Origin: an uncultured delta proteobacterium
GTDB taxonomy: Bacteria > Desulfobacterota > Binatia > UBA9968
Direction: 5' to 3'
DNA length: 64,000 nucleotides
NCBI GenBank assembly: GCA_963755715.1
Contig: CAVWLW010000069.1
Location: 64,001-128,000 of the forward strand
In this document: piece by piece, positions 31,148 through 40,453 of the stretch
How the letters are laid out: each line of letters begins with the position of its first letter
Position numbering within the stretch: position 1 is the first letter of the stretch
The notes under the pieces: model-generated
What the model saw: the letters and a program-made list of their open reading frames with translations, nothing else
Databases searched by the model: none
Told to the model about the DNA's origin: nothing
Position numbers and translations under genes: made by a program

Positions 31148-32517
31148 GATGGTTCGAAGTATGCGGGTTCGTGCTTCGACCGCGCCGGATCTTCGATGCG
31201 TTTAAATCCCGCTATTTCGCCGCGGTTTGCGTAGGCGTAGAGGATCGCCTCGGCGATATCGTCCAAATGCGCTTGCAAATATTTGCGCGCCGGGATCGCC
31301 AGGCGTAGCAGTTCGACGCCGCGCGCGGCTTGCCCCGGCGCCGGCGGCGGACCCTTGGTCAATCGAATGCCGGACATGTGATAAATAAATGCCGCCAATG
31401 CCTCGGCGGGAAACTGCGCTGCGCTCAGATGCGGCAGAAATGCTTTGACATCGACAAAGACCGCATGACCGGCGGCGGGTTTGATCAAGGGCACGCCGCC
31501 GTTCAAGCGGCGCCAGAGATAATTCACCTGTCCGACTCGGTCGGTCACGTATGAGTCCGCGGCAAAAATATCGCGCAGCGCCGTCGCCAAAAGCTCCATC
31601 GCGCCGCCGGACAATTGCGCGCCGTCGATAAACGCCTGCATGGCGGCTTTTTGATAAGCGCCTCGGTCGCGCGTCAAGATCAAGCCGCCGGATGAAACCA
31701 AAAAATCCTTGAGCGCGCTCAGGGTGCAGCCGTCCGCCAGCGCGCAAGTTTCTTGCACGATGGAGCGCAGCGTGTGGTTCTGATAGCCGGGCTCGCGCTC
31801 CTTGATCAGGAAACTATTTTCCAGGATGCGGCAAGCGTCGAGAAAAAGCGGAATCTTGTGCGCCGTGGCGAGCGCACGGATATCTCGCAAGTTGGCCAGA
31901 GATACCGGATGGCCGCCACAGGCATTGACGCTGAGCTCGACGTAAATACAACTCACCTTATCGGCGCCCTGCTCGTGAATCAGCGCCGCCAGCTTATCGA
32001 TATCGAGATTGCCCTTGAACGGCTCCCCCGATGTCAGATCGTAAGCGGCTTCGCCGATCACGTCGATCACTTTGGCGCCGTTCATCTCGATGTGCACGCG
32101 CGTCGAGGGAAAAAGCATGTTGCCGGCGACTACGGTATTGGGTTTTACGTGAATCTTGCTCCAGATTCGTTCGGCCGACCGGCCTTGAGGGGTGGCGACG
32201 ACGTGGGAAAAGCCAAAAAGATTTTGAATTTGCTCCGCCAGGAGCGCGTAGGATCGGCTTGCTTCAGCTGCCAGTCCCATGCCCGGCTCGATGAATTTCG
32301 CTCCGGCCAAAGCGGCGAGTTGATCGGTGCTCAGCGCGCTGACGCCGCTGTCCGTGCACAAATCGATGTAAATCCAATCCTGCGGAATAAGTTCGGTATT
32401 GAAATGAGCCGCGCGCAGCGCCTCGAAGCGCTCACTCAGGGTCGTTTGGCGCAGTGGCCGCACGACGGCGATCTCGTACGGCACGGAAAAAATTACTCCT
32501 TGCGAGGTCTTGTTCAT
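31144..32517 (-). CDS. Tryptophanase/tyrosine phenol-lyase-like PLP beta-eliminating lyase (divergent)
   Basis: IDLCTDSG, QGRSAE, FKGNLD, GGHPVS, DACR..EN, SALKD (PLP Lys), GHAVFVD, LLRLAIPA. Confidence 0.85.
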   Translation of the reverse strand: MNKTSQGVIFSVPYEIAVVRPLRQTTLSERFEALRAAHFNTELIPQDWIYIDLCTDSGVSALSTDQLAALAGAKFIEPGMGLAAEASRSYALLAEQIQNLFGFSHVVATPQGRSAERIWSKIHVKPNTVVAGNMLFPSTRVHIEMNGAKVIDVIGEAAYDLTSGEPFKGNLDIDKLAALIHEQGADKVSCIYVELSVNACGGHPVSLANLRDIRALATAHKIPLFLDACRILENSFLIKEREPGYQNHTLRSIVQETCALADGCTLSALKDFLVSSGGLILTRDRGAYQKAAMQAFIDGAQLSGGAMELLATALRDIFAADSYVTDRVGQVNYLWRRLNGGVPLIKPAAGHAVFVDVKAFLPHLSAAQFPAEALAAFIYHMSGIRLTKGPPPAPGQAARGVELLRLAIPARKYLQAHLDDIAEAILYAYANRGEIAGFKRIEDPARSKHEPAYFEPS

Positions 32518-32589
32518 TCCGATCAGACCGGTCTACATGAAACGAACGTTGGATAGCACGAAATCAACGAATTGAACAATCCTTTCCGC

Positions 32590-33405
32590 TCACGAATTGC
32601 CTTGCGCCCCGGGCGGCGGACGCTGTTGGCGCTGGCGCGCCGTGAGCATGGACCAGGCGCGATGTACCATTTTGCGCTCCGTGGCAAACTTGAGCTGCTT
32701 GATCGCTTGTTCGATCGGAAACCAGCGCGCGTCGTCCGCCTCGTGGTCGTGGTCGCGCACATCGCCGCGGATATAGCGCAACAAGTAAAAGTGAACCCGC
32801 TTGTAGATGCGCACCGGCTCGTGCTCTTTGTTTTTATCGCGATAGGAGTAACCGATATCGCCGAGCTTGCGAAGGAGTTTTCCTTCCAGGCCGGTTTCCT
32901 CGCGTACTTCACGCAGCGCGGCTTCTTCGACCCGCTCACCTTCTTCGACATGTCCTTTGGGCAGGCCCCAGCGATTGCGCACGTGAATCAAGGCGACTTC
33001 AATATCGTCGCCGTTTCTCCGATAGATGACGCCGCCCGCGGAGAATTCCCGGATGGTCCGAGTGTTGTCTTCTTTCGGCGGCGCGCTCACCGCGAGCTGT
33101 TCCTGAAGCCAGCCGAGATAGCCGGCGCTGCCGGCGACGAGCGGCACAGCGATGATCTCCGGAACCGAATAGCTATGCAGCTCGCGCACTCTCTTTTCCA
33201 GCGCCGGAAATAGTTCCTTGCGGGTCTTGATGATGAGCAGTTCTTCTTCGTTTTGCTCGACCTGCCCTTGCCAGCGATACACCGACTGAATAGACTTGAT
33301 GCGGTTGACGCAGGCCGCGAGCCTTTCGCCCACCAGCGCCTGCGCCAGCTGGTCGGCTTCCTGCGCGGACCCTGCGGTAACATAAACAACGATAAATTCT
33401 AGCAT
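32590..33405 (-). CDS. cutA: CutA1 followed in frame by a NUDIX hydrolase (fusion, or two genes joined by an indel)
   Basis: [25 protein letters not shown] (CutA), then [25 protein letters not shown] (Nudix box). Confidence 0.8.
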   Translation of the reverse strand: MLEFIVVYVTAGSAQEADQLAQALVGERLAACVNRIKSIQSVYRWQGQVEQNEEELLIIKTRKELFPALEKRVRELHSYSVPEIIAVPLVAGSAGYLGWLQEQLAVSAPPKEDNTRTIREFSAGGVIYRRNGDDIEVALIHVRNRWGLPKGHVEEGERVEEAALREVREETGLEGKLLRKLGDIGYSYRDKNKEHEPVRIYKRVHFYLLRYIRGDVRDHDHEADDARWFPIEQAIKQLKFATERKMVHRAWSMLTARQRQQRPPPGAQGNS

Positions 33406-33572
33406 TGTAAATAATCTTACAACTCGCTTTTATAGACAGTCAATCAATGCGGGACCCAACTGAAGGCAAAAGACGCAAGCCCGTGACAAAGCCGAAAGCA
33501 AACCTTGCCTTCCTGTCTTTCTCTCACGCCTCGCGCCTCATGCCTCTCGCCTTTTTTCGTGTCGCTCATTTC

Positions 33573-34289
33573 ATGAAACCCAAAGACGAAATCAGGAGCT
33601 ACGTCTGGGAACTGTTGCAAAAACGTAAAGCTGCGCGCTTCCCAGGCGCTGAGGGACGGATCCCTAATTTTATCGGCGCCGAAGCTTGCGCCAAACAATT
33701 AGGCGAGATTCCCTACTGGAAAGCCGCCAAGGTTTTAAAGAGCAACCCCGACTCGCCGCAGCGCGCCATCCGGCAAAGAGCCTTGGCGGAAGGGAAAATC
33801 GTTTACATGGCCGTGCCGCGGCTGCGTAGCGACAAGCCGTTCATCGAGCTCGATCCTAAAAGACTGAAATGCTCACCGTATGCGGCTTCCTCGATCAAAG
33901 GCGCGGCGCAGTACGGCCGGCCGGTAACGTTGGACCAAGTAAAAAAGATCGACTTGGTTGTCTGCGGTTCGGTGGCGGTAAATCGCCAAGGCGCCCGGGT
34001 CGGCAAGGGCGGCGGCTATTCGGACCTCGAGTTCGCGCTGCTGACGGAAGAAGGAAAAATCGGACCCGATACGCCGATCGTCACGTCCGTTCATCCGCTG
34101 CAGATTGTCGACGAAGAAATCCCGATGACCGAGCACGATATTCCTCTTAGTGCCATCGTGACGCCAACCGAAGTCGTCATTCCAACCTCCTCCTTCGCGC
34201 GCCCGAAAGGCATATATTGGCGGCTGTTGCCGAAGGAAAAACTCGACGACATCCCGGTCCTGAAAGCGCGCGGCAAAAATGCGCCATGA
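33573..34289 (+). CDS. 5-formyltetrahydrofolate cyclo-ligase family protein (MTHFSD-like)
   Basis: GRIPNFIGA, NPDSPQ, DLVVCGSVAV, RVGKGGGYSDLE, HDIP. Confidence 0.88.
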   Translation: MKPKDEIRSYVWELLQKRKAARFPGAEGRIPNFIGAEACAKQLGEIPYWKAAKVLKSNPDSPQRAIRQRALAEGKIVYMAVPRLRSDKPFIELDPKRLKCSPYAASSIKGAAQYGRPVTLDQVKKIDLVVCGSVAVNRQGARVGKGGGYSDLEFALLTEEGKIGPDTPIVTSVHPLQIVDEEIPMTEHDIPLSAIVTPTEVVIPTSSFARPKGIYWRLLPKEKLDDIPVLKARGKNAP

Positions 34290-34364
34290 GCTGCGCAGGC
34301 GTGCGCGCGTCAATTGAAGCCCCCCTACATCTATGTTAGCTAAATAGCTTCGAGGAAATCGCAG

Positions 34365-34748
34365 ATGGCAACGGCAAAAATCGATTTCGCCAAAGGCAAT
34401 GGTTTAGTTCCCGTGATCGTGCAGGATTTTCAATCCCGCGACGTCTTGATGGTCGCCTACATGAACGAAGAAGCCTGGGAAAAGACCAAGGCAACCGGCA
34501 AAGCCCATTATTACAGCCGCTCGCGCAAAGGGCCGTGGTTCAAAGGCGAGGAATCGGGCAATTTTCAGGAAGTCAAAGACGCCTTCATCGACTGTGACAG
34601 CGACACGATTTTGCTCCAGGTCCATCAGGTCGGCGGCGCCGCCTGCCATGAGGGCTACCGCAGTTGTTTTTTCCGCCAGCGCGCCGGCGAGGATTGGAAC
34701 GTCATTGCCGAGCGCGTCTTCGATCCCAAAGAGGTTTATAAGAAGTGA
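34365..34748 (+). CDS. hisI: Phosphoribosyl-AMP cyclohydrolase
   Basis: [28 protein letters not shown]. Confidence 0.95.
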   Translation: MATAKIDFAKGNGLVPVIVQDFQSRDVLMVAYMNEEAWEKTKATGKAHYYSRSRKGPWFKGEESGNFQEVKDAFIDCDSDTILLQVHQVGGAACHEGYRSCFFRQRAGEDWNVIAERVFDPKEVYKK

Positions 34749-35635
34749 GCGAGCTAAAACTGGGAATCCCGAAGGGGAGCCTCGAAGAAATGACCATCGA
34801 GCTCTTCAAGAAGTCGGGATGGAAAATTTCGACCACGAGCCGGAGCTACTTTCCTTCCATCGACGATGACACGATTCGGTGCAGCTTGGCACGTCCGCAG
34901 GAGATGTCACGTTATGTCGAAATGGGCACGTTGGACGTGGCGATCACCGGCAAGGATTGGACCCTGGAAAATGCTTCGGATGTCCAGGTGATCTGTGAAA
35001 TGGTTTATTCAAAAACCAGTTTTCGTCCGACTCGTTGGGTGTTGGCGGTACCGCAGGACTCACCGATCAAAAAAATCGACGACCTCAAAGGCAAGCGAAT
35101 TTCCTCGGAGATGGTCAATTTCACCAAGCGCTACTTTGCCGAACGAAATATTCCCGTGACTGTGGAATTTTCCTGGGGCGCCACCGAGGCCAAAGCCGCC
35201 GAGGGGCTGGTCGATGCCATCGTCGAAGTCACGGAAACCGGCAGCACGATACGGGCCCACGGCCTGAAGATCATTCATGAGCTGATGGAATCTTGCCCGC
35301 AACTGATCGCCAATAAGCAGGCTTGGCAGGATCCGTGGAAAAAAGCGAAGATCGAGCAGATTAAATTGCTGTTACTAGGAGCGCTTTCGGCCGAGAACAA
35401 GGTCGGCATCAAGCTCAATGTCCCGGAAGGTAATCTTGAGAAAGTCGTCGAGCTGATTCCCAGCATCACCGCGCCGACGGTCGCCACGCTCCATCCTTCG
35501 CCTAATCTAAAAGGCGTAAAATGGTATTCCGTCGAAAGCGTGCTCGAAGAAGCGAAAGTGAGAGATCTGATTCCGAAGCTGATTCAAAACGGCGCGGTTG
35601 GAATCATCGAATACCCGCTGAATAAAATCATCTAG
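34745..35635 (+). CDS. hisG: ATP phosphoribosyltransferase (long form)
   Basis: GIPKGSL, GITG-like [26 protein letters not shown]-terminal regulatory domain; GTGA overlap with hisI. Confidence 0.95.
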   Translation: MSELKLGIPKGSLEEMTIELFKKSGWKISTTSRSYFPSIDDDTIRCSLARPQEMSRYVEMGTLDVAITGKDWTLENASDVQVICEMVYSKTSFRPTRWVLAVPQDSPIKKIDDLKGKRISSEMVNFTKRYFAERNIPVTVEFSWGATEAKAAEGLVDAIVEVTETGSTIRAHGLKIIHELMESCPQLIANKQAWQDPWKKAKIEQIKLLLLGALSAENKVGIKLNVPEGNLEKVVELIPSITAPTVATLHPSPNLKGVKWYSVESVLEEAKVRDLIPKLIQNGAVGIIEYPLNKII

Positions 35636-35671
35636 CAAGCCAGGCAACAGAGAACCAACTTGCGCGTCTTG

Positions 35672-37045
35672 CTATTGCCCGTTGCCTATTGCCTGCTGGC
35701 TCTCTTGCCGTCCATCCCGCCACAAAAAGTAATCTTTCGCGATCTCGGGAAATAGCGCGTAGGTCAACACGTCTTCTTCGCTCTGCGCCATGCCTGCGGC
35801 ATCTTGGCGTGCTTGGTCAAGACCCGGCTTCAACAGATCGGCCGGCCGGCAGGTGATCGGTTCCTTTTTGCCGAGAATCTTCGCTTTCATTTCATCGCTT
35901 ACAGGCCCGGGCGGCTCGCCGTAGAGCCCCATCACGTAATTGCGCGTTTCCATCGCCACGACCGAATAACGTTTTCCGGTCATGACGTTCAAAGCCGCCT
36001 GCGAGCCAACGATCTGACTGGTCGGCGTCACCAGTGGCGGATAGCCCAAGTCTTGTCTCACCCGCGGCATTTCGGCGAGCACGGCGTCGAGCTTATCTTC
36101 GGCATTCTGCTGGCGCAGTTGGGCGACCAGGTTCGAAAGCATGCCGCCGGGGATTTGCGAAGTCAGCACGTCGGTCTTGACCTGGTTGTTCACCGGGCTT
36201 TCGTATTCGGCATAGTTGCGCCGCACGCGATAGAAGTAGTCGGCAATCTTACCGAGCTTGGCGAGATCCAAGCCGGTATCGTGCGCCGTGTCCTTGAGCG
36301 CGGCAACCAGTTGTTCGGTGGCCGGCTGCGAGGTTCCCTGCGAAAACGGCGCGATCGCGGTGTCGAGAATATCGACGCCGGCTTCGATGGCCATCATGTA
36401 ACTCATCGGCGCCAAGCCCGCGGTGCAGTGCGAATGAAGATGCAGCGGCAAAGTAATCCGTGATTTGATCTTCTTGATAATTTCGTAAGCGGCGTAAGGG
36501 GCGAGCATGCCGGCCATGTCTTTCAGGCAAATGATCTGCACGCCCATGTCGGCGAGCTTTTCGGCCACGCGCAAAAAGTAATCGGCGGAGTGGACCGGAC
36601 TGATCGTGTAACAAACCGTGCCTTCGACGAGCTTGCCGGTTTTGAGCGCCGCCTCGATGGCGGTTTTCATGTTGCGGATATCATTCATCGCGTCGAAGAT
36701 GCGAAACACATCGATGCCGTTGTCCGCCGCCCGCGCCACGAAGGCTTGGACTACGTCATCGGGATAGTTGTGGTAACCGACCACGTTTTGGCCGCGCAAG
36801 AGCATCTGAAAACGGGTCTTCGGCATCGCGGCGCGGAGCTGACGCAAGCGTTCCCAAGGCGATTCCTTTAAATAGCGCAAAGTGGCGTCGAAGGTCGCCC
36901 CGCCCCAGGTCTCCAGAGCCCAGTAGCCGATATCGTCGAGGGCAGCGGCGATCGGCAGCATGTCCTCGGTACGCATGCGCGTCGCCACCAAACACTGGTG
37001 CGCGTCACGCAGCACGGTTTCCATGATTTCGATTTTTCCCGCCAT
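35672..37045 (-). CDS. Pyruvate carboxylase subunit B / oxaloacetate decarboxylase alpha-type carboxyltransferase without biotin domain
   Basis: LRDAHQ, WGGATFD, MLLRGQN, KDMAG, HSHCT, QIPGGM, PLVTPTSQIVG; no AMKM biotinyl domain. Confidence 0.9.
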   Translation of the reverse strand: MAGKIEIMETVLRDAHQCLVATRMRTEDMLPIAAALDDIGYWALETWGGATFDATLRYLKESPWERLRQLRAAMPKTRFQMLLRGQNVVGYHNYPDDVVQAFVARAADNGIDVFRIFDAMNDIRNMKTAIEAALKTGKLVEGTVCYTISPVHSADYFLRVAEKLADMGVQIICLKDMAGMLAPYAAYEIIKKIKSRITLPLHLHSHCTAGLAPMSYMMAIEAGVDILDTAIAPFSQGTSQPATEQLVAALKDTAHDTGLDLAKLGKIADYFYRVRRNYAEYESPVNNQVKTDVLTSQIPGGMLSNLVAQLRQQNAEDKLDAVLAEMPRVRQDLGYPPLVTPTSQIVGSQAALNVMTGKRYSVVAMETRNYVMGLYGEPPGPVSDEMKAKILGKKEPITCRPADLLKPGLDQARQDAAGMAQSEEDVLTYALFPEIAKDYFLWRDGRQESQQAIGNGQ

Positions 37046-37071
37046 GCTTGAATCGCTCCCCGTTGCCGGGG

Positions 37072-37617
37072 TTACTCGTAAAGTTCGGCCTGTTTTTCTT
37101 CCAAGCGCTCTTTTTCCTCGGTTTCGACGACGTAGACTCCGTTCACCTCTTTGATCTTGGTGATGTCGTAGAAGTATTCGGAAATCTCCTGACCTTCTTC
37201 GAACTCATACATCTTGATCGCGTCCCAAGGGCAGATTTTCTTATCCAGACGGTCTTCCGATTCTGTGCCGATCAATTGCAGTAGAATGCGCTTGGGCACC
37301 GCTTCGGGCGGCACCGGCTTGCGGTTGGCGTCGTAGAATCGATTGGCGTACTCGTAAAAGATTTCGCCGGTTTCCTTATGCTGTTGGATTTTCGTCAGAT
37401 CGTCGCTGTAACACATCTGGCAGCCGATGCATTTATCATTATCGACAAAAACGCGGTAGGGCTTTAAGCCGCCTTGCGGCAGTTCTTCGTAGAGCAGATT
37501 GATGCAATTTTCCACCGGACAATGGGCCTCGCATATCGGCGAGCCGGCGCAGCTCGAGCAGTTCTCGTTCATGACCGCCAGCAGCGCCGTTCCTTTACGT
37601 TTTTTCGCTTCAGCCAT
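37072..37617 (-). CDS. 2[4Fe-4S]-type ferredoxin with a large insertion
   Basis: CSSCAGSPICEAHCP and CIGCQMC-(59 aa)-CPWDAI. Confidence 0.8.
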   Translation of the reverse strand: MAEAKKRKGTALLAVMNENCSSCAGSPICEAHCPVENCINLLYEELPQGGLKPYRVFVDNDKCIGCQMCYSDDLTKIQQHKETGEIFYEYANRFYDANRKPVPPEAVPKRILLQLIGTESEDRLDKKICPWDAIKMYEFEEGQEISEYFYDITKIKEVNGVYVVETEEKERLEEKQAELYE

Positions 37618-38431
37618 TTACTACCGTCCTCACTTTCTTGAAACGTCCCCTAAGGGCGACGGCTATCGCCAGCGATAGCAGCACCCACCAGTACCGAATG
37701 AGGCCGATTCTGCCCCATTCGAGCCAATACACAAAATTGGGCGAGCGCGAGATCAGCGCGCCGAGCACGTGCTGGGCTCCAGCGTAATCTTTCGCTTCGC
37801 GCAACGCTTGCGAAAGCCCATAGAGAGCCCCATCGTCGCGCGGATTGAGCTTCAGCGCCGCCGCGAAATCGCGCTCCGCCTCGGCCCAACGATTTTGTTC
37901 CGCGAAGATGCCGCCGCGCGTGGTCAATGCCGATGAAAAATCAGGTCTTAGCTCCAGGGCGCGGTTCAGACTGGCGACCGCGCCGGGGAAATCTCCTTTG
38001 CGTTTTTGCGCCACCGCCAAATTGCTGTAAGCGTCCGGCAATTCCGGATGCATCTCGATGACCTTTTGATATTCACCGATGGCGCCGTCGATATCGCCGC
38101 GCACCTCCAGTTCGATCCATGCCAAAAATGTCCTGGCGTCGACGTGTCGGGGGTTTAGCGCAATCGCTCGTTTAGCCGCGGCCTCCGCCGCGCGCGGATC
38201 GCGCAAGCGCAGCAGCGACATGCCGAGGAATAAGTGCAGATCCGCCTCGTTGGGATACTCGGCAAGCAGTTTCTCGAAATCCGCCTTCGCTTCGGCGGCC
38301 TTGCCTTGGGCCAGCTCTTCTCGCGCCTGCTCCCATCTTTTATCGTTTGCGAGAATGGAGTCGCTGCCCGCGGCAAAGGAAATCCCCATACCCATGAGGA
38401 CGGCTAAAATAGCCAGCCACGCCCTCACCAT
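37610..38431 (-). CDS. Exported TPR protein with C-terminal membrane anchor
   Basis: Signal peptide, about six TPR repeats (AIALNP, ALELRP, ALKLNP), C-terminal hydrophobic helix. Confidence 0.85.
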   Translation of the reverse strand: MVRAWLAILAVLMGMGISFAAGSDSILANDKRWEQAREELAQGKAAEAKADFEKLLAEYPNEADLHLFLGMSLLRLRDPRAAEAAAKRAIALNPRHVDARTFLAWIELEVRGDIDGAIGEYQKVIEMHPELPDAYSNLAVAQKRKGDFPGAVASLNRALELRPDFSSALTTRGGIFAEQNRWAEAERDFAAALKLNPRDDGALYGLSQALREAKDYAGAQHVLGALISRSPNFVYWLEWGRIGLIRYWWVLLSLAIAVALRGRFKKVRTVVNG

Positions 38432-38434
38432 GGA

Positions 38435-38620
38435 TTATTTCCACATTTCGTTGGGGATCTCGTCTTCTTTGCCTTCTTCGATCAGTTTGTCGTTTCTGAA
38501 TGCCTCGCGCAGTCCCAGCCACGTAAAGAAGATGACGAGAATCAGCATCCCGACAATCGGGATATTGTCAGGTTTGGTCACGATCTCGAGAAAATTATGC
38601 AGTCCGCTCTGCTCGTCCAT
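38435..38620 (-). CDS. Small single-TM membrane protein (KPDNIPIV motif)
   Basis: 61 aa, one TM, first gene of a tightly spaced operon behind an AT-rich promoter-like region. Confidence 0.75.
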   Translation of the reverse strand: MDEQSGLHNFLEIVTKPDNIPIVGMLILVIFFTWLGLREAFRNDKLIEEGKEDEIPNEMWK

Positions 38621-38696
38621 AAAAGTTAAGCACCTGTAAAATCAAGATAAATTAAAAGTATTAAAATAGTCGGTTAAAGTCAATAAAACAGGCTGC

Positions 38697-38721
38697 GAGA
38701 GCGCCGAGCTTAAGCGCTCTC
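38697..38721 (-). terminator. Possible terminator downstream of the eutA-like gene
   Basis: GAGAGCGC-9 nt-GCGCTCTC stem, followed on the minus strand by a T-rich stretch. Confidence 0.35.
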
Positions 38722-38738
38722 AGCGCTCACGGAACGTT

Positions 38739-40319
38739 TCAATGCGATTGATGATGGCCGCGACCGTGCTCGGTATGGCGAAAGATGAGCGACTTGATTA
38801 CCACCGGTACAGCCTTGGCATCGGGCAGCTCTTGGCCGATATCGATGAAATCAAAATCTTTGAGATCGATGCCGTCGATCGAGATGATGCCGGCCCCGGG
38901 AATTAGCTCGCGCTCTATGATATTGCCCATCAGTTTGGCTATATCGGCGTCAAAGACCAAAACCAGAGGTTGGCCCTGATCGGTATGGCCTTTCATCGCG
39001 CCGACCAAGCCCTCTGCGAGAGTGCGAATCAACGGATAAGCGGGACCAAGTTCCCAGCGTATCGCCAGCGCCACCGTTCGATCGGTATCGTGGGCATCGA
39101 AACGTTGCAGCGCGCGGCTGACCGCGTCTTTGATCTCCGCCGCGGTAATTGCTTCGTTTTGCTCGAATTGCGGCGTCACGACCTGCAGGTTACGCAGCGG
39201 CAGCAAGTCCGGATGCGAAAGATAAATCGTGTTGCCGCTCACTTGCACGGTGTACTGGGATGCGCCGATCACCGTCGCGCGTATCCGGACGTCGGCCGGA
39301 CGCAACGGAATATTGCCGCCGCCGAGCTGGTTCGCGCGCGCCCGCACTCTTTTACCGAATTGGGCGCCGAGGTCGCCGAGATTGCGTTTTTCATAGCCGT
39401 AAACAAATTCCGAGACGCCGCCGGAGAACATCACGGCGTGGATCGGATCCTTGAAATCGAGATTGGGCGTGAGCAACAGATCTTGCACTTGCGGGGAAAG
39501 CGGGCCACGCTCCATCACTTCGAAAAGTGCATCGCAGAGCGCCTTGGCGAACTTCTCCTTGTCGTCCTCGCCCATCGTGCCACCCAATTTAAGCCCATCG
39601 ATGCCGGACATCTTGGCAAACTTAAGCGCCGTGTCTTCCAAGCGGTTGATCACGCCGTTTTCGTCCATGGCAACCAGTCGCGCGCCGACTTCGATCGCGC
39701 AGGTATCGATAACCTTGCCGCCTTGCACGATCGCGATCTTGCTCGTGCCGCCGCCGATATCGACGTTCATCACGGTGAAATCGCCACCTTCATGATACGT
39801 CATGTGCACGGCGCCGGAACCGTAGGAAGCGAGAATGGCTTCCAGGTTGTGCCCGGCAGTGGCGCAAACGAATTTTCCCGCTTCGGCGGAAAACAACGCG
39901 GCGATCGCTTCGGCATTTTTCTTTTTCGCCGCTTCGCCGGTGACGATGATTGCGCCGGTATCGATATCCTCGGGCGTCAGATTCGCCTTACGATAAGCCT
40001 CGTGAATGAAGTCACCGAGACTATTAGTATCAATGGTGGTCTTATCGATGTAAGGCGTCAACAGGATCGGCGACTCGTGGAGAATCTCGCGATTGATGAC
40101 GACAAAACGGCTCGACAGCGCGACGCCCTGGCGGCGCAGCGTCAAGCGAGAAAAAATCAGATGGGAAGTGGACGATCCGATATCGATGCCGACCGAATTG
40201 AGCGTGATCCGTTCCGAGCGCCACATCGGATGATTTTCGTCCATGAGCTCTTCGTCATCGTCAAAGTCATCGTCGTGTCCCTCGTGCAATTTATAATTTT
40301 CCGGTTCCAAGTTCTCCAT
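38739..40319 (-). CDS. eutA: EutA-like reactivating factor (ASKHA ATPase)
   Basis: SVGIDIGSSTS, DTGAIIVTGEA, FVCATAGHNLEA, NVDIGGGTS, FSGGV, IRATVIGAS, DFIDIG, VPVVIKSL; AGGAAA before ATG 40319. Confidence 0.85.
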   Translation of the reverse strand: MENLEPENYKLHEGHDDDFDDDEELMDENHPMWRSERITLNSVGIDIGSSTSHLIFSRLTLRRQGVALSSRFVVINREILHESPILLTPYIDKTTIDTNSLGDFIHEAYRKANLTPEDIDTGAIIVTGEAAKKKNAEAIAALFSAEAGKFVCATAGHNLEAILASYGSGAVHMTYHEGGDFTVMNVDIGGGTSKIAIVQGGKVIDTCAIEVGARLVAMDENGVINRLEDTALKFAKMSGIDGLKLGGTMGEDDKEKFAKALCDALFEVMERGPLSPQVQDLLLTPNLDFKDPIHAVMFSGGVSEFVYGYEKRNLGDLGAQFGKRVRARANQLGGGNIPLRPADVRIRATVIGASQYTVQVSGNTIYLSHPDLLPLRNLQVVTPQFEQNEAITAAEIKDAVSRALQRFDAHDTDRTVALAIRWELGPAYPLIRTLAEGLVGAMKGHTDQGQPLVLVFDADIAKLMGNIIERELIPGAGIISIDGIDLKDFDFIDIGQELPDAKAVPVVIKSLIFRHTEHGRGHHQSH

Positions 40320-40453
40320 GATCGTTAACAATTTCCTTTCGCTTTTGACTGCGGTGTATCGAAGTTGCATAGCACAAGAAGTTCCGTCTTGCCACCGATG
40401 GAAAGATGCGCGCACCGGGATGGACAAGCCCCCCTAATCGGGGCTAATATGCG

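Noticed and set aside
38435-38620. OadG gamma subunit of a Na+-pumping oxaloacetate decarboxylase
   Set aside because: No OadB gene, no Pro/Ala linker or His-containing tail, and the alpha-like protein lacks its biotin domain.
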